A stretch of 64,000 nt of DNA from Candidatus Saccharimonadales bacterium (GTDB lineage Bacteria; Patescibacteriota; Saccharimonadia; Saccharimonadales; JANWIN01): contig JANWIN010000012.1 in assembly GCA_025449905.1 (NCBI GenBank), positions 109,318-173,317 on the forward strand, written 5' to 3'. The position numbers were made by a program, and so were the translations under genes. Of this stretch, positions 17,721-27,881 are shown piece after piece; position 1 is the first letter of the stretch, and every line of letters begins with the position of its first letter. The notes beneath the pieces are model-generated. The model worked only from the letters and a program-made list of their open reading frames with translations. It did no database searches and had not been told where the DNA came from.

Positions 17721-19136
17721 ATGAAGAATTTATGGAAAAAAGTAGCAAGCAAATACAAAAAACTATTGCTAGTATTTGGTTTAGTTGCTGCTGCAGTTGT
17801 CATACCATTTCACGCAGTTGCCGCTGATCAAGTGCTAATTGAGAGTTCATTAGGTGTTGCCAATGTAACCAAGGGTGATACTCTTTACAAGCATTCTGTT
17901 GACGCATCTTACGACCAAGTAGTAAAGTTCCAAGTTTTCTACCACAACCGTGAACAACCTGATTCAGGAAAAGTTGCTAAAAATGTTCGAGTAAAAGTTG
18001 ACCTACCTGAAAATGTAGGTGCAACCCAAGTAGTTAAATCTACTGTTAAGGGTGATAACACCAATACCGTTGAAAGTACTGCAACCGTAAATCTTGACCG
18101 TTCTGATGCTAAACTGGACTTCATGCCAGGAAGTGTTGTTTGGAAACACAACATTGGTACTAACTCAAATGTAAATTACGTCGAGCAAAAGCTTAGCGAT
18201 AACACGATCCTTCAAGGGTTACCGATAGAAAACGAAAAACCTTGTCACAACTTTGAGGCTACAGTCACTTTCCTAATGCGAGTACATGTTCCTTCAGTAA
18301 GCATTGTTAAGCAAGTACGTGAAAAGGGTACGACTACTCGCGTCACCAACCTAACGGTTAAACCGGGCGCAACTGTTGAATACCTAATAAGCTTTAAAAA
18401 CCTTGGTAACACTGATCTTACTCACCTAACTGTTAACGACAAACTGCCGGAGCACATAACTTTTGTTCCTGGCACTGTAAAACTTTACAATGGTCCAAAC
18501 CCAGGTGGTGCTGTCATAAATAACGATTTCCTATTCAGGGGCGGAGTAGATGGGGGTACCTTCAAGCCTGGAAGCAATGGCTTCGTTGGTTTCGATGCTA
18601 AGGTTGACGAAGAAAAAGATCTTGAGTGTGGCACAAACGTTCTTAAAAACATTGCCGTTGTTGACACAGATCAAACCGGCAACTACCACAACTCAGCTAC
18701 TGTAAACGTAGAGAAAAAATGTGCAAACGTACCTTCATTTAGCTGTGATCTTCTTAGTGCTGATAAAATTAGTAACCGAACTTTCAAATTCACAGTTAAT
18801 ACAAGTGCTGCGAACGGAGCAACTATAAGTAGATACTTCTACAACTTTGGTGACGGAACTGATGAACTTACAACTGACCAAGCAAGTGTGACTCACACAT
18901 ACTCACATAACGGTACCTTTGCAGTAAGCGCAAAAGTAGAGTTCAAAGTTAACGGGGAAACTAAAGTAGTTGATGGTGAAGCTTGTAAAACAGTCATCAA
19001 GACTAACAAGCCACCAGTAACTCCTCCTAAAGAACTGCCAAACACTGGTGCAGGTGATGTAGCTGGAATCTTCAGCGCGGTAACTATTGCCGGCGCAACT
19101 TTCCACCGCTTCTTCCTACGACGCAACCTAGTCTAA
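17721..19136 (+). CDS. LPXTG-anchored cell-surface protein (DUF11-like repeats plus PKD-like domain)
   Basis: It has an N-terminal signal peptide. The C-terminal sorting signal is LPNTG, then a hydrophobic stretch AGDVAGIFSAVTIAGATF, then RRNLV. YFYNFGDGT resembles a PKD domain. Confidence 0.8.
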   Translation: MKNLWKKVASKYKKLLLVFGLVAAAVVIPFHAVAADQVLIESSLGVANVTKGDTLYKHSVDASYDQVVKFQVFYHNREQPDSGKVAKNVRVKVDLPENVGATQVVKSTVKGDNTNTVESTATVNLDRSDAKLDFMPGSVVWKHNIGTNSNVNYVEQKLSDNTILQGLPIENEKPCHNFEATVTFLMRVHVPSVSIVKQVREKGTTTRVTNLTVKPGATVEYLISFKNLGNTDLTHLTVNDKLPEHITFVPGTVKLYNGPNPGGAVINNDFLFRGGVDGGTFKPGSNGFVGFDAKVDEEKDLECGTNVLKNIAVVDTDQTGNYHNSATVNVEKKCANVPSFSCDLLSADKISNRTFKFTVNTSAANGATISRYFYNFGDGTDELTTDQASVTHTYSHNGTFAVSAKVEFKVNGETKVVDGEACKTVIKTNKPPVTPPKELPNTGAGDVAGIFSAVTIAGATFHRFFLRRNLV

Positions 19137-19142
19137 GAAACT

Positions 19143-19151
19143 TGTGGATAA
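19143..19151 (-). promoter_or_regulatory. perfect DnaA-box 9-mer (TTATCCACA on the minus strand)
   Basis: The + strand reads TGTGGATAA, 7 nt after the LPXTG gene stop. Confidence 0.3.
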
Positions 19152-19241
19152 GCACTGGCGTTAATAAGCAAAAGATGCTAAAGTCAGTATTGTTGAAAGA
19201 GCAAGACTGACCGCTCGAAAAACAAACCACCTCTCGAATAT

Positions 19242-19271
19242 CCCCGCCCAAAGAGCGGGGATTCTCTTTTT
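19242..19271 (+). terminator. rho-independent terminator
   Basis: CCCCGC-ccaaaga-GCGGGG followed by attctcttttt. Confidence 0.7.
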
Positions 19272-19426
19272 ACCCCTGTTCGTGCTACAATTTCGAAGTC
19301 TTATATCCTGTACCAAAAACGCAAACCAAGCGAAGCTGTATGCGTTTTTGAGAGGAGGAAGCGACTAGAAGGTGAAGCAGGAGAAATTAGATTTCTTATG
19401 TGAAAGCTGACCGTCGATTCCGACGA

Positions 19427-19501
19427 GGCCTCATCGTCTAACGGTTAGGACACCAGGTTTTCATCCTGGCAATAGGGGTTCGATTCCCCTTGAGGTCACC
19501 A
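19427..19501 (+). tRNA. tRNA-Glu (anticodon TTC), CCA encoded
   Basis: Acceptor GGCCTCA/TGAGGTC (one G-U pair), D-arm GTCT-AACGGTTA-GGAC, anticodon arm CCAGG-TTTTCAT-CCTGG, T-arm AGGGG-TTCGATT-CCCCT. Confidence 0.95.
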
Positions 19502-19552
19502 TTTTTGATTTCTTACTTTCAACCTTGTTCTACGTAACCATAAGCAAGTAGA

Positions 19553-20995
19553 ATGTGGGGGATGGATGTTACCAGTCGTATTCCTAATGTTCCGCTATCT
19601 GGTTTTAAGCGTACTAAGATTATTGCTACGCTTGGCCCAGCAACTAATAGTTATGAAGCCGTCTTTGGTTTGATTGAAGCTGGCGCCAATGGCCTGCGGC
19701 TTAACTTTTCTCATGGCTCGCACGCAGAGCATGAACAGCAAATAAAATGGATACGCAAAGCCAGCAGGCTTTACGGCAAGCCGGTGGCTATAATTCAAGA
19801 CTTGCAAGGACCCAAAATTCGTCTTGGTGATTTCGAGGGTATTATAAACGTTCAAAAAGGTCACAGCCTAAGGCTTGGGCTTAATGCTGATTATGCTCAA
19901 AGCGGCATTATTCCGACTCAATATGACCTAAGTAAAAAGGTGAAACGCGGGGAAAAGCTATACCTTTACGACGGTACGATTCACACCACCATCACCAGCG
20001 TAGCCGACAAGATAGTTCACTTGAAAGCTGAAAATGACGGTATTTTAGTGATGCGAAAAGGCATTAATTTGCCGGATACCGATTTTGGTGGTGATGTAAT
20101 CACTGCCAAAGATCGTCAGGATATTATTTTTGGCTCGGCTCATGATATTGACTATATTGCCCAGAGTTTTGTCCAAAAAGCTGAAGATGTTAGCAAGCTT
20201 CGTTCAATAATTCAAAGTATCGGCAGCCAAGCCAGAATAATAGCCAAAGTTGAAACAGCCGCCGCTATTGAAAATCTGGAAGCCATTATTCAAGAAGCCG
20301 ATGCAGTGATGGTCGCTCGCGGTGATCTTGCCCAGGAAACACTGCCAGAGGCGGTGCCGATTGCTCAACGCCAAATTATTGGCTTGGGCTTGCATTATGC
20401 CAAGCCGACAATTGTCGCCACGCAGCTGCTAGCCAGTATGGTTGATAACCCTCAACCCACACGCGCCGAAGTTTCTGACATCGCCAGTGCGGTGGTTTTA
20501 GGCACCGACTGCGTAATGCTAAGCGACGAAACGGCTGTCGGCCGCCACCCAACTGAAGCGGTGAAAGTTATGAAGCGCATCATTATTTACATTGAAAAAA
20601 ATAATCCGGTGGAAGTTGACTTTCCCGATATTGATAAGCCCAGCCACAGCCAAAATGCCATACCCAAAGCTATTATTAATTTGGCACGAAATGTTAACGC
20701 TCTGGCAATTGTCGCCGAAACTAAATCCGGAGCGACAGCTCTAAATATTGCCTCGCGCCGGCCAACTATTCCAATTATTGCTGTGACTTCTGATGCCCGC
20801 GTGGCCCAGCAACTAGCCTTAGTTTACGGTACTAAAAGTTATGTCCGGCCGGTTGATAAATTTGCCGCCACCAAACTAACTAACTGGTTGCTTAAGAATA
20901 AAGTTTTAAAAACCGGCGATATGATTATTACAGCCTCAGGCCAATACCCGGGCGTAATTGGCACGACCGACACAATTAAAGTACGAATGCTGTAA
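19553..20995 (+). CDS. pyk: pyruvate kinase
   Basis: KIIATLGPAT, NFSHGS, and MVARGDL (the catalytic MVARGDLG-type motif). 480 aa. An alternative ATG at 19562 is possible. Confidence 0.9.
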   Translation: MWGMDVTSRIPNVPLSGFKRTKIIATLGPATNSYEAVFGLIEAGANGLRLNFSHGSHAEHEQQIKWIRKASRLYGKPVAIIQDLQGPKIRLGDFEGIINVQKGHSLRLGLNADYAQSGIIPTQYDLSKKVKRGEKLYLYDGTIHTTITSVADKIVHLKAENDGILVMRKGINLPDTDFGGDVITAKDRQDIIFGSAHDIDYIAQSFVQKAEDVSKLRSIIQSIGSQARIIAKVETAAAIENLEAIIQEADAVMVARGDLAQETLPEAVPIAQRQIIGLGLHYAKPTIVATQLLASMVDNPQPTRAEVSDIASAVVLGTDCVMLSDETAVGRHPTEAVKVMKRIIIYIEKNNPVEVDFPDIDKPSHSQNAIPKAIINLARNVNALAIVAETKSGATALNIASRRPTIPIIAVTSDARVAQQLALVYGTKSYVRPVDKFAATKLTNWLLKNKVLKTGDMIITASGQYPGVIGTTDTIKVRML

Positions 20996-21000
20996 AATAA

Positions 21001-22287
21001 ATGAACTTCAACAAGAAAACCATTCGCGATATTGAACTGAAGAATAAAAAAGTACTATTGCGCGCCGATTATAACGTGCCGATTAAAAATGGCATCATTA
21101 CTGATGATTACCGACTGCGCCGATCTTTGCCAACCATTCAGTATTTATTAAAAGAGGGTGCTGCAGTAGTAATACTATCGCATATGGGACGACCCAAGGG
21201 CCCAAACGATCACGACTTAAGTCTTAAACCGGTGGCTCATCGTTTAGGTGAGCTGTTAAAAAAACTAGTTGGTTTTGCTCATGACTGCGTTGGACAGGAG
21301 GCTGAACAAGCCATTAAAGCCCTTAAGCCGGGACAAATCTTAATGCTAGAGAATTTACGCTTCCATCCGGAGGAGGAAACCAATGACCGGGAGTTTGCGC
21401 ACGACCTTGCCAGCAATGTCCAAATCTTTGTCCAAGATGGTTTTGGCGTGGTTCATCGGGCGCATGCCTCAACTGATGCCATCACCAAATATTTACCGAG
21501 TGTTGGCGGCCTACTGCTGCAGAAGGAAGTCGAAACTATTGAGCAAGTTATGAAAAAGCCCGAGCGGCCATTAGTGGCCATAATTGGCGGCGCCAAGATT
21601 GCCGATAAAATAGAAGTTTTAAAGACCTTCGTGACCAAAGCTGATGTGGTGGCCGTTGGCGGTGCCATGGCCAACACCTTTTTACTAGCTAAGGGTGTGA
21701 AAATAGGCAAAAGCGTAGCCGATAAATCCGAAGTGCCACTAGCCAAAGACATTCTGCATTTGGTTAAAGCCGAGTCTGCCAAGCGGCCTTTTGTCTTTTA
21801 CTTGCCGCAAGATGGTGTGGTAGCCCACAGCCTGAACAAAACTACCCATACGCGAATTGTCGACTGGAGCGCCAATATTATTGCCGAAATCGAGAGTTAT
21901 CCGAAGCGACCGCCGCATGCTAGCAGTCAGGTTAAAGACGACGAGTTAATTTTAGATATTGGCCCATTTTCTGGTGCTTTTATTGCTGGGACAATTCAAC
22001 TGGCCAATACCGTTATTTGGAATGGCACGATGGGTGTGACTGAAACACCGGCACTTCATGGATCGATTGGTCCTTTCTCACAAGGGACAGAACTAATTGT
22101 TGAAGCAATGCTTGGCCAATTTGGGCATCGACCATTTAGCCTTGTTGGCGGCGGTGATACAGCCGGCTACGTTGAACAACGCAAACTAACCGAGGCTTTT
22201 GATCATGTTTCAACCGGCGGGGGCGCCAGCCTAGAGTTAATGATTGGCAAAAAGCTGCCCGGTTTAGAGGCTCTACAAGATAAGTAA
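21001..22287 (+). CDS. pgk: phosphoglycerate kinase
   Basis: LLRADYNVP, SHMGRPKG, and STGGGASLE near the C-terminus. Confidence 0.95.
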   Translation: MNFNKKTIRDIELKNKKVLLRADYNVPIKNGIITDDYRLRRSLPTIQYLLKEGAAVVILSHMGRPKGPNDHDLSLKPVAHRLGELLKKLVGFAHDCVGQEAEQAIKALKPGQILMLENLRFHPEEETNDREFAHDLASNVQIFVQDGFGVVHRAHASTDAITKYLPSVGGLLLQKEVETIEQVMKKPERPLVAIIGGAKIADKIEVLKTFVTKADVVAVGGAMANTFLLAKGVKIGKSVADKSEVPLAKDILHLVKAESAKRPFVFYLPQDGVVAHSLNKTTHTRIVDWSANIIAEIESYPKRPPHASSQVKDDELILDIGPFSGAFIAGTIQLANTVIWNGTMGVTETPALHGSIGPFSQGTELIVEAMLGQFGHRPFSLVGGGDTAGYVEQRKLTEAFDHVSTGGGASLELMIGKKLPGLEALQDK

Positions 22288-22312
22288 TTATGATAAACTG
22301 AGCGTAAGCGTT

Positions 22313-23122
22313 ATGAGCGATAGAACTCTTATAGTGGGCAACTGGAAGATGAATCTTAATACTTCCGAGGCTAGCGTGCTACTGCATCGGCTGGAGGAGA
22401 GGATTAAGGCCCATCAAGATATAGAAGTGGTTTTAGCGCCTAGCACGTTAGTTATTCAACCGTTGTCGCTACAAATTGACCGCCACAAATTCCGGCTGGC
22501 GGCTCAAAACGCTTTTTTCAAAGACGAAGGGCCTTTTACTGGCGAAGTGTCATTTACTCAACTGCGCGACCTTGTCCACTACGTCATTATCGGTCACAGC
22601 GAGCGGCGCCTGCATTTTGAGGAAAGCCTAGGTATTGTGCGTGATAAAGTTGCCGCCAGTTTTAGGAACGATATTATTCCTATTTTATGTGTCGGCGAGA
22701 CTCAAAGTGAACGCCGAGCCGGTGAGACGAGGCAGGTACTACACGATCAAGTCACTAGCGCCCTTAGTAACTTAACGGCGAATGAAGTCGAGGATATGGT
22801 TATTGCCTACGAGCCAGTCTGGGCCATAAGTACTTTTGGCGGTATTTTAGCTAAGCCTGATGAAGTAAAAAAAGAGATGGATTTTATTAGGCATCAGGTA
22901 AGGGAGCTATATGGTGCCAAAGCTGCCAAAAGAGTAAGAGTGCTTTATGGCGGCAGCGTTGATGATCAAATCGTCGGCGGTTATTTAGAAATTGATGGCT
23001 GCGACGGTGTTTTAGTGGGCGCAGCCAGCCTTAATTATCATAAATTTGCTGGTATTGTCGACCGCGCCTATCATATCAACCGTCAACCAAAAGAAAAACC
23101 TAATGAACCCGACGAAAAATAA
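22313..23122 (+). CDS. tpiA: triosephosphate isomerase
   Basis: VGNWKMN, IIGHSERR, and AYEPVWAI (catalytic Glu context). It has a Lys/Pro-rich C-terminal extension. Confidence 0.9.
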   Translation: MSDRTLIVGNWKMNLNTSEASVLLHRLEERIKAHQDIEVVLAPSTLVIQPLSLQIDRHKFRLAAQNAFFKDEGPFTGEVSFTQLRDLVHYVIIGHSERRLHFEESLGIVRDKVAASFRNDIIPILCVGETQSERRAGETRQVLHDQVTSALSNLTANEVEDMVIAYEPVWAISTFGGILAKPDEVKKEMDFIRHQVRELYGAKAAKRVRVLYGGSVDDQIVGGYLEIDGCDGVLVGAASLNYHKFAGIVDRAYHINRQPKEKPNEPDEK

Positions 23123-23636
23123 CCCTGAGCCCACTGAACCTCAAAAAGTAGTTGTTGAAAAGCGGGGCATGCTGCCGCAAAAATCGGTTAAGAGTGGTGA
23201 TAAAGAAAAACCGATTGCCGGCGGCGACCTACAAGATGGTGAAGAAAAACAGCCCTTGGCCGATCATAAGCTCAAGCTTACACCCAATAAAAATGCTCCG
23301 ACTGTAAAAGCTGCTCCGGCTGTGGCTAAAGTTAAGCCCGAACTTGAAACTGACGAAGCAACCTCTCCAGACTCAAGTAAAAAAGCCTCCACTAAAGCAG
23401 CACCGCCAAAACCCGATCCCGAAGAAGCGGCTAAAAAGGAAGCTATCCAAAAACTGATTGAAGATAAAAAATATGCTGTGCCGATTACCCACAATAAAAG
23501 CCATCGCTCAACTCGTCAGTTTGCGATAACTTTTGTATTAGTTTTAGTCGTCGGGCTACTTGCTATAGACTTATTAATAGACGCGGGAATAATAAAAAGC
23601 GGCATAAAACCACCAATTAATTTAATAAATAACTAA
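23103..23636 (+). CDS. hypothetical Lys/Pro/Ala-rich protein with C-terminal TM anchor
   Basis: The track ORF starts at 23046, but the ATG at 23103 (MNPTKNN...) is the more plausible start and overlaps the tpiA end by 20 nt. The C-terminal helix is FAITFVLVLVVGLLAIDLLI. Confidence 0.5.
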   Translation: MNPTKNNPEPTEPQKVVVEKRGMLPQKSVKSGDKEKPIAGGDLQDGEEKQPLADHKLKLTPNKNAPTVKAAPAVAKVKPELETDEATSPDSSKKASTKAAPPKPDPEEAAKKEAIQKLIEDKKYAVPITHNKSHRSTRQFAITFVLVLVVGLLAIDLLIDAGIIKSGIKPPINLINN

Positions 23637-23644
23637 GGAATAAA

Positions 23645-24388
23645 ATGAAAAAACTAAACCAGCAAGGTATAGCCCATCTAACAATCATCGGACTAATTTT
23701 AATAATTAGCATTATAGGTTTTGTTGGCTGGCGAGTTTGGGATGTTAGAAAAGACGCAGATCAAAAATTTAATGATGGCAAAACTAGTCAAACTAGCCCC
23801 CAAAATCTTATTTATAATGAAAACGGTTCGTCAACTGTAAAAGGCGAACTTATAATTTACAAGAACAGCAACAGGGGGTTTAAGTTTAGTTATCCGAAAG
23901 TGTACGGAAATCTTAAAGTTGTAGACCAAGAAGATAGCAGCATCTTACTTTTCCCCAGTCTTTCAACTGGTAGTCCTAAAGTTCCAATATATGAAGGCAT
24001 TGAAGGTTCAATCGCTGTAAGCACGGGCGATAAAAACAAAGCAACTTACACTAGAAAATATGGTCCTTCCGTGAAGTTAACTAACGGCAAATGGATTATT
24101 ATGGAAACTAACGAGGGTGATCCAGTAAAAGAAAAAGTTGGCGATACATATAAAGACTATAAATCTCAGAAGAACGGAAATTTAACTATTTATACTTTTG
24201 AATCAGGTGACGAAGGCGCTATTTGGTACAACCTAACGTTTATTGCCAATGGCTATATGAGCAATATTGGTCTACCATATTTTGATACAGGCAATGGTTT
24301 AGGAGATGGTCCGCTGAAGTTGAATGATCCGAAACCGTATAACGAATTATATAAACAAGTAATAAATAGCATCGTAACTTACCCTTAA
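23645..24388 (+). CDS. hypothetical membrane-anchored extracytoplasmic protein
   Basis: N-terminal TM IAHLTIIGLILIISIIGFVGW followed by a ~200-aa domain with no recognisable motif. Confidence 0.5.
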   Translation: MKKLNQQGIAHLTIIGLILIISIIGFVGWRVWDVRKDADQKFNDGKTSQTSPQNLIYNENGSSTVKGELIIYKNSNRGFKFSYPKVYGNLKVVDQEDSSILLFPSLSTGSPKVPIYEGIEGSIAVSTGDKNKATYTRKYGPSVKLTNGKWIIMETNEGDPVKEKVGDTYKDYKSQKNGNLTIYTFESGDEGAIWYNLTFIANGYMSNIGLPYFDTGNGLGDGPLKLNDPKPYNELYKQVINSIVTYP

Positions 24389-24424
24389 GAAGATCTACCC
24401 CATCTATTTTGCTAAAATGATTAG

Positions 24425-26563
24425 GTGTTAGACAAGGTTTTAGTTGACTTAAACCCAGAGCAAAAACGGGCGGTTGAAACTACCAACGGCCCATTATTAA
24501 TTTTGGCTGGCGCTGGCAGCGGCAAAACCAAAACACTAACCCACCGCATTGCTTTCATACTTATTAAAAAATTAGCTCGCCCGGAAGAGATTTTATCAGT
24601 AACCTTTACTAACAAAGCAGCCCAAGAAATGCGGGCTCGTATTGCCAAGTTATTGGGTCAAAATTCCAACAATCGGGCTTTTATGCCGTTCATGGGCACC
24701 TTCCACAGCATTTGTGTACGACTTTTACGCCAAGATGGTGAGCACATTGGCGTACCTCGCAACTTTGTTATTTTTGATGAGCAAGACAGACTAAGCGCCA
24801 TCAAACAAGCCAGCAAAGAGTTGCAAATTGATGAAAAGAGTTTTCCGCCCAGGGTTATTGCTTCAATTATTAGTAGCGCTAAAAATGAACTATTAACTGC
24901 AGTTGAAACGAACGAAATGGCCAGTGGCCCCGCTAATAAAATTGCTGCGCAGATTCATCCAGTTTATGAGCGCATTTTAAAACAGGCTCACGGCTTGGAC
25001 TTTGATGATTTGATTGGCCGCACCGTCAGCTTGCTGCAAACCACCCCAGCCATAAAGGACAAATGGCGCAGTCAATTTAAATTCGTAATGATTGACGAGT
25101 ATCAAGACACCAACGCCGCCCAGTATCAACTAATAAAACTCCTAACTGCTAAACACAAAAACTTAGCAGTAGTCGGTGATGATTGGCAAAGTATTTACTC
25201 TTGGCGTGGCGCTGATTTTAGAAACATTTTAAATTTTGAAAAAGATTATCCAAAGTGCGCTGTAATTAAGTTAGAGCAAAACTACCGCAGCACTAAACAT
25301 ATTTTAGAGGCCGCCCATGGCGTGATTACCAAAAACACCAAGCGCTCTAATAAAAATTTGTGGACTGAAAGTAAGGGCGGCCTGCCGGTTCAGCTTCTTA
25401 ATGTTATGAGCGAGCGCAGCGAAGGCGAAGCGATTGTTCGGCGGATCCAATCCGGCTTGGACAGCGGCCGGCATTACCGCGAATTTGCAGTCTTGTATCG
25501 TACCAATGCCCAAAGCCGCAGCTTAGAGGAGACTCTGCTAAAACGCGGCATCCCATACCGCATTGTAGGTGGTGTCCGTTTTTATGACCGCGCTGAAATC
25601 AAAGATATACTGGCCTACCTGCGTTTGCTGTATCAACCAGAAGACACCATAAGTTTTGAACGAATTGTTAATGTACCAACGCGCGGCATCGGCAATACTT
25701 CACTAAACAAATTTCAGCAGTGGCGTTCTTCAAATAAATTAGGACTTGAAGCTGGTCTGGCCCAAGTGCCAAGTTGTGATAGCCTAACAACAAAAGCCAA
25801 AAACGGCTTGTTTGAACTTGGCGAGCTGCTTAGTTCGATGCGCAAGGTTGCCAAAGACGCCAGCGTGCCTGGTCTGCTGGATTCGCTAATACGTCGATTG
25901 GATTATTACAAGTATCTAGACGATGGCACGCCAAAAGGTGAATCTCGCCAAGAAAATGTTAAGGAACTTATAAGCGTGGCCAAAGAGTATAACGAACTTG
26001 GGCTGAACGGCTTCTTAGAAGAAGTGGCGCTAATTAGCGATATAGAAAATAACCGCAATGATCTAAACGATTTAGTAACACTTATGACTTTGCACGCCGC
26101 TAAGGGCTTGGAATTTCCAGTAATTTTTATGGTGGGCATGGAAGAAACAATCTTTCCGCACTCACGGGCACTCTATGACCAGGGCGAGATGGAAGAGGAG
26201 CGGCGTCTATGCTACGTGGGCATGACTAGGGCAAAGCAGGAACTTTACCTGATTGCCGCCAGCAGCCGGATGCTTTACGGCGGATTGCAGCACAATCCAC
26301 CGTCGCGCTTTTTATCAGATATCGAAAACCTCAAGGTCGAATCTGAAGATTTTTATGCTGCGCCTCAAGCTGGCCTTGACTTAGATATAGACCAGTCCGA
26401 AGTTCACTACCTTCCCGAACTAAACGCTGGCGATCGAGTTAAACATAAATTGTTTGGCGAGGGGATAGTCAGTGAAATCAGTGGCGATGAGGCGGTTATA
26501 AATTTTAAGAAGAAGGGCTTCAAAAAATTAAATGTAGCCTTCGCGCCCTTAGAGCGAATCTGA
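24425..26563 (+). CDS. pcrA: ATP-dependent DNA helicase PcrA/UvrD (SF1)
   Basis: Walker A AGAGSGKT, DEYQDTN, YRSTKHIL and TLHAAKGLEF helicase motifs. GTG start. Confidence 0.9.
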   Translation: MLDKVLVDLNPEQKRAVETTNGPLLILAGAGSGKTKTLTHRIAFILIKKLARPEEILSVTFTNKAAQEMRARIAKLLGQNSNNRAFMPFMGTFHSICVRLLRQDGEHIGVPRNFVIFDEQDRLSAIKQASKELQIDEKSFPPRVIASIISSAKNELLTAVETNEMASGPANKIAAQIHPVYERILKQAHGLDFDDLIGRTVSLLQTTPAIKDKWRSQFKFVMIDEYQDTNAAQYQLIKLLTAKHKNLAVVGDDWQSIYSWRGADFRNILNFEKDYPKCAVIKLEQNYRSTKHILEAAHGVITKNTKRSNKNLWTESKGGLPVQLLNVMSERSEGEAIVRRIQSGLDSGRHYREFAVLYRTNAQSRSLEETLLKRGIPYRIVGGVRFYDRAEIKDILAYLRLLYQPEDTISFERIVNVPTRGIGNTSLNKFQQWRSSNKLGLEAGLAQVPSCDSLTTKAKNGLFELGELLSSMRKVAKDASVPGLLDSLIRRLDYYKYLDDGTPKGESRQENVKELISVAKEYNELGLNGFLEEVALISDIENNRNDLNDLVTLMTLHAAKGLEFPVIFMVGMEETIFPHSRALYDQGEMEEERRLCYVGMTRAKQELYLIAASSRMLYGGLQHNPPSRFLSDIENLKVESEDFYAAPQAGLDLDIDQSEVHYLPELNAGDRVKHKLFGEGIVSEISGDEAVINFKKKGFKKLNVAFAPLERI

Positions 26564-26581
26564 TAAACTGGGGTGGACTAG

Positions 26582-27823
26582 ATGAAATTCAAAAAACAAG
26601 CCCGACAGTATAAAAAAGAAGCTAAAGATTACGCTCGGATGCAAAAACGCCGAGCTCGCAATATTCAGGGCCACCCGTTTGTTGTCCCGGTACTAACTTT
26701 TTTGTTTTTGTTTTTCGTATCAATGATAGCTTTTATTGGCCTTAACGCTCAAACCATCGGTGCTGGTGATGCCCATGTTGTTCAGTTTTCCATCGACGGC
26801 GAAAAACAAGTTCTACCGACCCGGGCCAGCACGGTTGGCAAATTGCTAAATCGTCTTGAAATAAAAGTTGGCAAGCATGATGTTATCGAGCCGCCGCTGG
26901 ACACGCCGATTTTAGAAGATAATTTCAAAATCAATCTTTACCGCGCCAAGCCGGTGATTGTAGTCGAGGGCAAAAAAGAAGTTTCAATGCTAACAGCCAT
27001 AACTAGTCCCAAAAATGTTGTGACTAAAGCCGGTTTTAAATTATTTCCTGAAGATAGAGTGGTCTTAGCCAGTGCTGATGACGTTTTAAACGAAGGCGTT
27101 ATTGGGCACAAAATTATTATTGAGCATGCCACGCCTGTAAAACTAAATCTTTTTGGGCGCATGCTTAGTCTTAGAACCCATTCTAAAACTGCTCGAGAAC
27201 TTTTAAAAGAACGCGGCGTAGACGTCTCGGGAGTTAATGTCTTTCCTTCTATCAGTGCAAATCTAAAAAAAAATTCGGTGGTGTTTGTGACCAAACCGGG
27301 AATTGTTGTTAAATTCCAAGAAGTTAGTCTGCCGTTTGGCCAAAGTTTTGTTGATGATTATAGTCTGCCCTACGGCGTCACCAAAGTACGCAGCGCCGGT
27401 GAAAATGGTAAAAAGGTAATTGTATTTTCGGCACCAAAAAAGCATCCTGAACAAAAACACAAGCTTCAAGAAGTTTTGGTTAGTAGGCCGGTAAACGCGG
27501 TTATCGCCCGCGGGCGCCGCATCAATACTTCAAGTGTTTCTGGCGATCGGGCCGCTTTAATGGCCGCCGCCGGCATTTCATCTGGCGATTATTACGCCGT
27601 TGACTTTATTATTAGTCACGAATCCGGCTGGCGTCCTGGCGCTCTTAGCGGTAGTGGCTGCGCAGGGCTGGGCCAGGCTTGCCCGGGCTCAAAAGTTATA
27701 AGTGCTTGCCCTAACTGGTCTAACAATGCTGTTTGCCAGCTGCGCTTCTTTAGCGGTTATGCCCAGAGGTATGGGGGATGGCAGCAGGCGTATTTTGTGT
27801 GGCAAAATCAGGGCTGGTGGTGA
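26582..27823 (+). CDS. DUF348/G5-domain cell-wall protein with C-terminal transglycosylase-like domain
   Basis: An N-terminal TM is followed by DUF348-like repeats and a G5-like region (VRSAGENGKKV). The C-terminal ISHESGWRPGA...GLGQ...GWW resembles the Apf/SLT-like muralytic domain. Confidence 0.7.
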   Translation: MKFKKQARQYKKEAKDYARMQKRRARNIQGHPFVVPVLTFLFLFFVSMIAFIGLNAQTIGAGDAHVVQFSIDGEKQVLPTRASTVGKLLNRLEIKVGKHDVIEPPLDTPILEDNFKINLYRAKPVIVVEGKKEVSMLTAITSPKNVVTKAGFKLFPEDRVVLASADDVLNEGVIGHKIIIEHATPVKLNLFGRMLSLRTHSKTARELLKERGVDVSGVNVFPSISANLKKNSVVFVTKPGIVVKFQEVSLPFGQSFVDDYSLPYGVTKVRSAGENGKKVIVFSAPKKHPEQKHKLQEVLVSRPVNAVIARGRRINTSSVSGDRAALMAAAGISSGDYYAVDFIISHESGWRPGALSGSGCAGLGQACPGSKVISACPNWSNNAVCQLRFFSGYAQRYGGWQQAYFVWQNQGWW

Positions 27824-27838
27824 TCTGAGCAATGTGAC

Positions 27839-27881
27839 GTGCTGACCTGTTTTCGGGCAGAGCCCGAAACTCTGTCAGCAC
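27839..27881 (+). terminator. two-tier hairpin after the G5 gene (terminator candidate without U-tract)
   Basis: GTGCTGAC-ctgt-TTTCGGGC-aga-GCCCGAAA-ctct-GTCAGCAC. Confidence 0.45.

Noticed and set aside
19329-19362. Hairpin AAAACGCA-N17-TGCGTTTT followed by T-run, between a TGcTACAAT box and tRNA-Glu, as a small RNA or attenuator
   Set aside because: The stem is A/T-rich with a large loop, there is no second copy, and no supporting -35. I could not distinguish it from chance structure.
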